From Camelus dromedarius (lineage: Eukaryota), in assembly GCF_036321535.1 (NCBI RefSeq), contig NC_087458.1, positions 6,014,001-6,078,000 on the forward strand: DNA of 64,000 nt, in the 5' to 3' direction. Every line of letters begins with the position of its first letter. Position 1 is the first letter of the stretch. The notes under the pieces were generated by a model. It ran no database searches, was not told the DNA's origin, and saw nothing but the letters and a program-made list of their open reading frames with translations. The translations under genes and the position numbers were made by a program. Of the stretch, positions 24,201 to 34,207 are shown piece after piece.

Positions 24201-27200
24201 GCCCTCTGGCACCGGGGGCTCCTCAGGAGGTGTGATAAAGACGGTGAGCTCACTTCCTGACAGCTCCTCCAGCTCCACCAAGGGTGTCGGCTCAGGCTTC
24301 TCCTGCTCTGGGTGGACCTGGAGCAGGATGGTAAGAGAGTGAGCATCAAGACAGTGGGCGTGACTTTNNNNNNNNNNNNNNNNNNNNNNNNNNNNNNNNN
24401 NNNNNNNNNNNNNNNNNNNNNNNNNNNNNNNNNNNNNNNNNNNNNNNNNNNNNNNNNNNNNNNNNNNNNNNNNNNNNNNNNNNNNNNNNNNNNNNNNNNN
24501 NNNNNNNNNNNNNNNNNGTGAAGTAAGTCAGACAGAGAACGACAAATATCATATGATATCACTTATATGTAGAGTCTAAAAAATGATACAAATGAACTTA
24601 TTTACAAAACAGAAACAGACCTGCAGACATAGAAACTAAACTTATGGTCACCAAAGGGGGAAAGGGGGTGGGGGAGGGATAAATTAGAAGTTTGGGATTA
24701 GCAGATACAAACTACTATATATAAATAAACAATAAGGTCCTAGTGTATAGCACAGGGAACTATATTCAATATCCTATGATAAATCATAATGAAAAGAATA
24801 TGAACAGGAATATATATATTGCTTTATATTTTTAATGTAATATATTAAATATAATACATTTATATATTTATTTATATATAACAAATAACATAATTATATA
24901 TAATAAATATACAAATATATTTAAATATATTTGATTTTTATATTATATTTATATTATATGTTTAATATAACATATATTCACATATTGTAAATCAACTATA
25001 CTTCAATTTAAAAAAAAAAAAAAGACTGGGCATGGAGCAGGGCCAGGGTGTCCTGAGGATGGCATCCCCCCAGGAAAGCACATCCATAGAGAAGAAGCAA
25101 ATGGGCCCAGACTCTACCAAGGCCCTGGAGATGTCGCTTGAGATGGAGTAAGGAATGGGAAGACGGTTTAGGAAGCCCGTCATGTATGGCTGCAAAGGCT
25201 GTGCACTGTATAACTCCAAAGGCATCATCTCCACCACAGAGGAGATACAGAGTGTGTTTATAGTGACCCTGGGGTAGCAGAGACAGCCAGGATAGAGCAG
25301 AGGACAACAGGCACAAAGAGAAGGGGTAGTGCCCAATACCTTGTCAACACAAGAGTCAAAGAATTCCAGGGCAGCATGCCGAGCAGAGCCAAAAGAGCAT
25401 TCCTCGATAAACTGCGAGAACATCTGTGTGTGCAGCAGCTGGGAGTACAGCTTGTGGCTGGAGCGTTCCCGGGATTTGAGGAAGCCTGAGGGATGAGAAT
25501 GGAGCAGGGGAGGTTACCAGGGGTCCCTATCACGGCCACCCCCTTCTGAACCTTTTTCTTGGCTCCCTGCCAACTTGGCATCTAAGGCCATCAAAGCCAT
25601 CCTCTCTTTGGCCCCTCTGGCACCCCTACACCACATGCCAAGCTGACCCCCTCAGCTCCCCCAGGACCATGGTCCCATGGAATCCTCTGTTTTGTCTGTC
25701 TGCATCTACTGCCTCAGACTAGGGGTTGTCCAAAGACAGGGTACCTAAAGAGAGTTTGGCCAGTGGGGGTGGCTCACCACAGGTGTCACTGTGTCCCCCA
25801 AGCCCAGGTCTTCCCAGAGGACAAGGCCACAGCCTGTTCATCTTTGTACCCTTATTCCCCCAAGCTCCCAAGAGCATATGGCTGAAAACTGATGCCCATA
25901 AAAACGTATGCCGAGTGAGGGAACAAGCAACTGTGTGGTTCCCAGTCCCCTCTGTCTTCCCCTGGAAGCCCAGCCCCTGGCCAACCCTCCCGTGTCACCC
26001 TCCCTAAGCAGAGACAGGCCCTCTTTACCCTGCAAGAAGAAGAGGTTGTCCACATCACGAGACCCCTCAGAGGGGGCCTGGGTGAGCGGGCGCAGGAAGT
26101 CCCGGTAGCCCTTGAGCAGACAGGCCATGAAGCGGAGGAAGGCTCCCTGGACTTCACGCTCCAGCCGGGCCCGGCGGCCACACACTGCCTCGTAGTCTGT
26201 TAGCAGGAATTCCAGGGAGGCCTCCTCCTCAGGTCCAGTATATGCTGGGGACCAGGGCAGCCGAGAATCAGGGCCAGCACCTGTAGGGCTTGCCTCAACC
26301 CTGCTCGTCACCCGGGAGTCCCCGCTGCCGCCTCACCACCTCCAGCTTCTAACAGACCTGGTGCCAACAGTGACTAAAAAATTACCTCCAGGTAACAGTT
26401 TCAAGCCTTCCCAATGGTAAGCTGGACCTTCCTGGCATATTTAGGTATATCCATATTACATGTCCCTCCCTTTTGCTTAAACCGGAATTTGAATTCCTCT
26501 CACTTCCACCAAATGAAATCCTAACCCCTCTAACCTCCTCCAGTAAGGTCTAACTCTGCACAGGCCTCCCTCCCCAAACTGGAGGCTTAAGGTCAAAGAC
26601 AGTTTCCAGCCTCCCACCCCCAACCCAGGCTTCTCACTCTGATCCAGCTGCTGGTACAGGTTTGTCAGTGTAGCCAGCAGAACCTTGTAGGGTTTGCGGG
26701 GCAGGGTCCGAGGGGAGAGGGGCTTCTTCTCCGTCCTATGAGACAACAAAAGGAGAAAAGAGTCATAGGGCTCCTCGCCAGCCACCTCTTTCTGCCTGAG
26801 GCTTCCTTCCCGCAGGTAGCACTTCATACACCAGCCATCTCCTGCCCAGCTCCACGCAGCCCCCCGGATGAGACCCAGCCCTCTTACTGGAAGAGCATGT
26901 TGGTATCAAGATCAACACAGATGACATCAGCAGGCGGGTCATGCAGATCGAAGTAACTGGAGTGGATGCCCACGATGAAGGGCACGGGGGCGCTCAGCAC
27001 GTCTGCCAGCACCAGCGGGCACAGCGGAATGTAGGGGCACTGCCAGTGCAGCGGGAAGATCATCTAAAGCATCAGGAGTGAAGACCAGTGAGTAGGGGGA
27101 GAGGGGGCATCAGCCTTGGCGGGTGGTGCCTGTTGAGAGAAGCTGTCTGACTTGGGCTCCAAAGAAGTGCTCCTGACAGAAGCTGTGTGTCCCGTAGACT

Positions 27201-30200
27201 GTACCCAAGGATAAGGCTGAGGAACCTTCCCCAAGGAAGGAAAAGTAAGGAGAACCAAGGCAGGGATGGGGGCACCAGAAAGAACATTCTGTGGAAGGCA
27301 GGCTAGGGAGGGTGGCACTCACAGAGACGAGGGCCTCGCAGACGCTGGTGAGCAGGTCCGGCCGCAGCGAATGAACTAGTAGTTTGTGCTCCGTGAGCAC
27401 AGCCAGCAGCAGCGTGATAGCCAACTCAGGGTCCAGGCTCTGCAGCAGCTGCAGGAAGCTGGCACCACTGCAGGCAATGCCAAGGTGGGGGAAGGGTCAG
27501 CAGGAGGCCCTTCCCTAGCCACGGGGCGCAGACACCCCCTGGGCCCAGCCTGCACAGACCTCAACAGCTGTGCCCATCTGCCTGGCTCCTACCATGGCCT
27601 TGGTCATCAAAGCCCCCCCAACCTGGGCACATACCTGAGGGGCAGGGGCGAGGATACAGGCTGGCAGAGGAGCAGGTTGTCATAGGGAGACATCTGGGAG
27701 GCAGAAGGGCCATGGGTCAGGGTGGTGAAGGCTAGTCCCTGCCAACTCCCCTCCTCCCATCCAGCCCCTACCTCGGCCTCAGCTCTCACCTGCACCAGGA
27801 TGCGGGGTCTCTGTGGGGAAGGGAAGGGGACATTATGAATGAAGTGGGAGATGTGCCTGGGGGAGAGAGGGATACAGTCAGAGGCAGACTCTCAGTCTAC
27901 TTCACCGCCACATTCACTCTTCTCCTTCACCTGTCCACAAGAACCTTATTCCTCCCTGAATACCGCCTTGAGACCAATGTCAGCCATCAGAGTCTCCATT
28001 ATATACAACATTTGTACAGCTCAGAAAGAGATTCCCTCTGGGCATGCACAGCCCCTGGCCAGGACTTAGTTACCAAGCGTAGAGTGGATTTCAGGCCCTG
28101 CTCAGCCCCTTTGCAATGGACCAACCATCCAGCTACACACTACAGCCCCATTCTCCACCCCCAGCTCCATCCTAATCTCTTCCAGCTCTCCTGGTCTCCT
28201 GATCCTCTTGTAACCCTTCCCGGTGTCAGGGAAGCCGTGCTCACGCTTCCAGGGGCAGGCGGTGGGGGCCTGAGACGGAGTAGCGGTAGAGGAAGGTGAG
28301 GAAGGCGCGGAAGGCAGGGAAGGCGGGCCAGCGGGACAGCACGGCAATGGCGCGGCGGGTGCGCACGTCTCGGCCCCCCAGCGCCCGGCCCCGCTCCACA
28401 GCGCTCAGCAGGCCCAGGGCCCGAGCTTGCCGCTCCGACAGCCTGGCCCTCGGGAATGCCTCGTAGAACTGCAAGGCAGCACCGTACACCTGGCAAGGGC
28501 AGAGGAGCAGTCAGGAGGGCCCTGTGGAGCCCGGNNNNNNNNNNNNNNNNNNNNNNNNNNNNNNNNNNNNNNNNNNNNNNNNNNNNNNNNNNNNNNNNNN
28601 NNNNNNNNNNNNNNNNNNNNNNNNNNNNNNNNNNNNNNNNNNNNNNNNNNNNNNNNNNNNNNNNNNNNNNNNNNNNNNNNNNNNNNNNNNNNNNNNNNNN
28701 NNNNNNNNNNNNNNNNNNNNNNNNNNNNNNNNNNNNNNNNNNNNNNNNNNNNNNATACCCAAAAGGAGTAGGGTCCATCAGACTCCAGGGGAAGGAACCA
28801 GAGGATCCCAGAGAAGGGCCAAGTGGCAAAGGGGAAGTGATTTCTGGGGACACTGAAGGTGCCAGCCAAGAGGCACCAGGGCAGACAGACACAGAGGGTC
28901 AAGGGGTTGGCTACTCACCTGCCTCATACACGAGCGTGTTGGCCTTGGCCAGGCCCACCTTGTAGCACAGGTACACTGCTGGGCCCCACTGCCCCAGAAA
29001 TGGCAAGAGACAAGCAGACACACGGCTAACAAAGATTTCTGGGGTCCATTTTCTCCACCACCCCTAAGTAGTCTTGGTGATTAGAACTTCCACTACTCAC
29101 AGTCCTCCAAGACCAGACTCCCCTCTGGGCCCACCCTTGCCGATAGAGGTCTCAGTCCTAGGCTGCCCTTTGTGCCCAGGGTCCACACCCTCACAGGGAG
29201 ATGGTGCAGGTCTCAGCTCTTAGCCCGGGCCCCCACTCACCATGCCAGGGTTGAGGTTGCGGGGCAATCGGCAGTAAGTATGAGGAGTGTCCTCGCCCTT
29301 GCTGGGCAGTACCAGGCAGAGGTCAGTGATGCCCAGGGCATGCAGCCCTGCCCCCTCTGCTGCCCGCCGGTAAGTGAGGTAGGTGCGGGGGTGCCCAGGG
29401 CCTGGAGGGGCCAGGTTGGCTGAGTGACTGTAGGGTGTCGTATCTAGCACTTGGAAGCCAGGCTTGGGACGTTCTTTCCCCTCGTACAACACCCTTGGCA
29501 GAAAGAGCAGAGAGATGTCAAGAGTTCAGGACAGAGAAGAAAGACCCCAGTCCTGCTAGATCTGCCTACCTAGTCCTATCCTACCTACTCAGCCTCGTCA
29601 AACCCTGACAGCACGATCGCTCTGCCCTCCAGATCCCCTCTTCTGCACTTGGCTCTACTTCTTGATCAGTAACAACCCCTCCAAGCCTTCCACAGCTCTC
29701 AGGCCCATTAATAAATGCTAAGAATAAAAGCTACCATTTATTGACTCTGTGCTAAGTCCCTTTACATGGATGATCTTATTTAATCTTCTCAACTACCCTA
29801 TGAGGAGGTATTATTTCCCCCAATTTACAGATGAGGAAACAGGCCCAGAGGGGCTTCATAGCCTGCCCAAGGTCAGAGCTAGCAAGTAGCAGCACCAGTA
29901 CACAAACCCAAATCTGTGAGAGGACTAAGTATATATAACTTCAGGCCCTTCTCCCTGACCCCCAGACCGCTCTCTTCCCATTCTCACTGTCCATTCCTCA
30001 TCCCATACTCCTCCGTCTCCCTGCCTCACCCCGGAGCCCTTCCCGCCCTCCCTTGGTGCCTGCNNNNNNNNNNNNNNNNNNNNNNNNNNNNNNNNNNNNN
30101 NNNNNNNNNNNNNNNNNNNNNNNNNNNNNNNNNNNNNNNNNNNNNNNNNNNNNNNNNNNNNNNNNNNNNNNNNNNNNNNNNNNNNNNNNNNNNNNNNNNN

Positions 30201-30398
30201 NNNNNNNNNNNGGGGCACCTCCTCGCCCAGTGCTCTAGCGATGACAGCCACATCTGTGATGGGCTCAGCTGGCCGGGGAGGGCGCAGGAGCCCACTGGGT
30301 TCAGGAACCCATGTTTCCTCAGGGATGGGTCCTCCGTTCCCTGCAAGCCCAGCTATCACGAAGTAATCCACCAGCCGGGGGGGCCGCTCCTCCGCCAT
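18253..30398 (-). CDS. DENND4B: DENN domain-containing protein 4B (Rab GEF; MABP, uDENN/DENN/dDENN and PPR regions), about 1491 aa if the two gapped segments have the human lengths
   Basis: Starts [14 protein letters not shown], ends [15 protein letters not shown]. Coding exons: 30398-(gap 30211-30064), 29493-29241, 28988-28919, [one exon inside gap 28535-28754], 28489-28245, 27856-27790, 27693-27635, 27467-27323, 27063-26888, 26735-26638, 26244-26029, 25485-25340, 24317-24178, 24087-23961, 23555-23349, 23002-22874, 22069-21877, 21638-21471, 21215-20827, 20663-20541, 20342-20173, 20090-19955, 19764-19528, 19013-18896, 18804-18639, 18563-18499, 18398-18253. All visible junctions are GT-AG with consistent phases. 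Confidence 0.97.
22380..22620 (+). mobile_element. MIR SINE in DENND4B intron 17
   Basis: agcatcatggttaagg...caagttacttaactctctgtaacctc...ctcatctgtaagatgagg...cagtgcctggcata. Confidence 0.85.
24518..25022 (+). mobile_element. L1 3' UTR (cetartiodactyl type), antisense within DENND4B intron 13; 5' end lost in an N-gap
   Basis: gtgaagtaagtcagacagagaacgacaaatatcatatgatatcacttatatgt...gtatagcacagggaactatattcaatatcc...attgtaaatcaactatacttcaat plus poly(A). Confidence 0.9.
29725..29915 (-). mobile_element. MIR SINE in DENND4B intron 2
   Basis: ccccaattttacagatgaggaaacaggcccagag...gcccaaggtcagagctagcaagt. Confidence 0.85.
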
Positions 30399-30465
30399 GG
30401 CCCCCCCCTCACTCACTGCATCTGGAATGGTCAAGTAGGGCAGAGATGAAGCAAGGAAGGCTGGT

Positions 30466-30567
30466 GTTGCCATGGCAACCAGGGTGCACGCCCCCTCTTC
30501 CTAGTCCTTTCAAGGAAAGGCAGAATCAGTGGTCAGCCAATCCTGAACTCTCCCGCCTGTGACATCA
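30466..30567. promoter_or_regulatory. RFX X-box with KLF/SP, CCAAT and CRE-like sites in DENND4B intron 1
   Basis: Perfect palindrome GTTGCCATGGCAAC (30466-30479), CACGCCCC (30487-30494), CCAAT (30537-30541), TGACATCA (30560-30567); the exon 2 acceptor is at 30415. Confidence 0.7.
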
Positions 30568-31899
30568 CCAGGCCCCCAAAGCCCACCACAGCTGCTTAAA
30601 GAGACCAGGACACTCCTTCAGTGGTACCGGCCCTCTCCCTAGAAAACCCAAACTCCACTGCACTGCACACAGCTAACCTGGGCTCTGACATCATATAGTT
30701 TCTGTATCCCTTTCAAAGGCCCCATCCCTCTTCACTCCCTAACAGAGAGCAGTCTTTTCGGTAATAGCCTGCAACGACAGCATTCATTCTGGCCATGACA
30801 TCATGCCAACTTTAAACAGTCTTTTTATGGGTTCTGGCCTTCCTACTCTAGTTATGACATTCTAAAACCTCATGAGCCAGCTAATATTCTTAAAGAGCCC
30901 ACCTCTAGGTTTTCATGAGGACCCCACAAAACCCAAGCTTTAAGTTTCTTTTTACCAGACTTAAGTGTCCTTTTTCCTAATCTAACTCCATTAATCTGAC
31001 AAGAAAATTAGTGCCCTCCTACCTCCAGGATCCTTAGGTATCCCCAGTTAGGTCCAAAGCTGCTGTGGGAGACAGTCCCCGCCATCCCCAAGCCCTCCTC
31101 CGTGGAGCCCAGAGATGGAAACAGGCCCACAACAGCCCTTCAGTAACTGTTCTCACCTGCCTCCATGGCCCAACCCCAGGGAGTAGGAGCCCCAAGGGTC
31201 CCTGGGTGCCCCAGGGAGCAGAAGCTGGGAAAGCGCTTGGTGGGTGGCTTGCAGCAGAGGACAGAAGGCGTGGGGACTGCTTCAGAGGGGAAGGGAGGTG
31301 ACTTCCTGAAACAGTGGAGGGGAAGCTGCAGCTCAGCGGAAGTCAGCCTATGGGTGTGTGCAGTGATGGTGGTGGTGGTGGTGAAGATAATGTTGAAGGC
31401 TCCAACACAGCATCATGACAAGTTGGAACCTTAGACTAAAGGACCTGCAACAAGGCTTAGAAAGCTCAGACTGGATCCAGGATGTACAGTCCTACCTAAC
31501 CTCCCACTCCTCCCCAGGGAAGATGGGACGACGGAATCTCATGGAACCAGGCTGGTTGTCTCCTTAACCTGGGCTCTGGCCACCCCCCCCCCAACTCCTG
31601 CTAAATTTAGTCTCCACATCTGCGAGGTGAAGCCAGGAGTCAGCGTCAGCCTCCTGATTTAGCTCTGGGACACAGCCCCGTGTCTCGTCCAGTGCAGACG
31701 AATGGGAGCCCTATGCCCCATGCCCCAGGCAACATGCGGGAGCCACGAGGTGGGACCAAGCTGAGGGGCGCGTGGTACCCATCGGCAGGACCTGGGCAGC
31801 CTGGCCTCCTCACCGAGCCAGGAAGAGTCCTGCAGAAGGCAGCCCTTTCTCATTGGGGAAGGCAAGGGGCAAGGGCGCCACTCTGGGTCCCAACGCCCA

Positions 31900-32850
31900 C
31901 AAGCCAGGCGACGGGAAGTTCGGGTTGGGGCAAAGGGCGCGCCTAGCGGGAGGAGGCAGAGGAAGGAGCAGGAGGGCAGAGAGGAGCGGGTGCGTGGCCG
32001 CTGGGGACGTGACGGCAGCAGCGCCGGCCGCCGCGTGACCCGGGCAGGAGGGAGGGGTGCTCGGGCTCCGGACCCACGGGAGCAGGAGGGGTGCAGGGCG
32101 CCGGGGCACGGCTAGCTAACTCCCGGCTGCATCCTCCCCTCCACTTTCACTTCCCCAGGGGAGAGGAACCGGAACCAGATGTGCAGCGCCAGAGAACAGC
32201 TGGGGGAGAGCCCCCGCCCTGCCAGCGCTCCCTCCCTTCCTTCCCCGCCCGCTGCCCCGCCCGGTCCAGCCCCTACCTGCCTGCCCCGCGACGCTCCGGC
32301 CGGCCGGCCCGCGGGCGGGTGGCTCGGAGGGCGGGCTGGCGGGCCGGCGGGCGGCTGGGCTACCCGGCCCCGGACATGGCGCAACGGACTCGGGCGCCGC
32401 TCCCGCCGGGGCGGCGAGTGAAGGAAGAGGCGGCGGAGGGCTCCGGGGCGCGGGGCGCCGTGGAGGGAGATCCAGGCGATCCCAGCGTCCCCGCCGCGCT
32501 GCGCCACGCGGGGACTGTGCTTCCGCGCCGCTCGCTTGCGCCGCGCGATCGTCCCGGCTCCCGCCGCACTGGAGACCGGGTGCTCCTCCGCGCGCCCCGC
32601 TTTCTCCGCTCCCCCCACCCCCCTACCCGGCCGCGGGCGCCGCCGCTCCCCCCAACCCCCGTCCCCGGCCGGTGGCCGTGACCCTGGCAGCGCCTGCCCA
32701 GCGCCCAGCCGCCTGCAGCGCGACCCCTGGCGGCTGGGAGGGCCCCTTGCACCCAGGCGGCTTCCCACCACTCGGCCATTGCCGCAGGACACTGACCCCA
32801 GGCGGCCCCTGAAGTCCGAGGTTCGCTCCCATCCCGCCCTGGGTCCTAGT
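31900..32850 (-). promoter_or_regulatory. CpG-island promoter and non-coding exon 1 of DENND4B (donor CAG|GTAGG after 32277)
   Basis: Very high CpG density; donor at 32275-32276; exon 2 begins CAG|TGAGTGAGGGGGGGGCCATGG. Confidence 0.8.
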
Positions 32851-33790
32851 CAGATGTGGCTTGCCTGCCAGGGGGAAAGCCCTGAAAACCTGGTTTGCGG
32901 AGACCCTGGTAGCTCCCCCTACTTTCAGATTTAGGGTACACTGCATTCCCTTCTAGCCTTAGCCAGAAGCTCTCAGTTCTCTTTTCTGAAAATGACAACA
33001 GCTTTGAAAAGAGGAAGAGCAGAGGCCAGGACTGTAGGGTGTGGAAGAGCAGCAGAGGTGGGAGTAACTGAGGAAGGGCACTACTCTTCTGACTGTGCTG
33101 TGTGGGGAAGAGAAGAGGGCAGAAGCTCAGCTGGTCAGAGGGCTAGCAACCCAAGCCAGGAAAAGGAAACTATCAGAACAAGGTTAGCACTCAAGCATCT
33201 GTGAATCAATGAGTGGAGAGGATGGGGGAGGGTGAAGTGAATTCACACATAGCAAGGGGTCAGGAATGAGCCTTAGGAGAACCGGGTCAGAGGCTGGCCA
33301 GGTAGATGAAACTTCCAGGCCCTCTAGGCTTAAAGGCCATAAAGAGGGAGCCAACCTGGGGCCTACCTGGCATCAGCAGTTTTTAAATCTTCTCTTTGGA
33401 AGCCTTAACACTGAGGCCAGCTACCCTGGGGAAAGCTGGGGTCATTCTACCACCAGAAACATCCAGAGCCAAGAGCTCAGCCAGCAGTTGCTCCTCACCT
33501 CCCAACTCACTGCCAGGCCTCAGCGTTGAAGAAGGGCAGTAGCTTGCCTCGCCAGTCAGAGCCCCATCACCTGATACTACAGCAAAGCCCTGGGCAGATG
33601 AGAGGGCACGTGTGCTGCTAAAGGAGGCTACACCCAGCCCGGACCCCCATGTCCAATGCTGAGTACAAATTCTGAGGCTGGAGGCCCCTCCACAAACCAC
33701 ATGTTGAGAAGATGCCCAAAACTTAACAGATAAAAGGGTCCTGTGCCCCAAGAACTCCCCCAACCACGCCAAGGGTTTGATAATGATTTT

Positions 33791-33796
33791 TTTATT
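33791..33796 (-). terminator. CRTC2 poly(A) signal AATAAA
   Basis: TTTATT on the plus strand about 410 nt past the CRTC2 stop codon. Confidence 0.8.
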
Positions 33797-34207
33797 AACA
33801 TATAATATATTTAATAAAAAATAATATCCACTCTGGCTCTCTCCTCCACTGCAAGGGGAAGAGTGGTGAGGAGGGGCTGGCACTGCCCACCCCAGGCATC
33901 CGGACAAGCCCTGCCTCTGGGGCTCCCCTCTGCCCCCTGCTTTCCAACAGGCTCTGACCTCCAGACAGACGGTTCAAAGTTACAAGTGCTTTAGGCCCTC
34001 CCTTGAGCTCCCCCAGGCCCGCCCCCTGTGCAGAACTCAGGGGCCACCTGGACAAACCCCTTGCTTTTTCTCATTCTTGGGATCCCTCATTCATGTTAGA
34101 AAGAGGATCTGGGGGCAGAGAGTGGAGTCTCTACTGGCCAGGGGGAAGGGAGGAACAGGACAGTGACGGGGAACAGGCCCCAGAAGAGGGATGGCGATGA
34201 GGAGCCC

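Noticed and set aside
24347-25035. Possible TSD for the intronic L1 (AAGACAGTGGGCGTG versus AAGACTGGGCATGG)
   Set aside because: The match needs an indel and mismatches, and the element's 5' junction is inside an N-gap.
28535-28754. Apparent loss of DENND4B exon 5
   Set aside because: The N-gap is in the expected place and is large enough; flanking exon phases require an exon of that length class.
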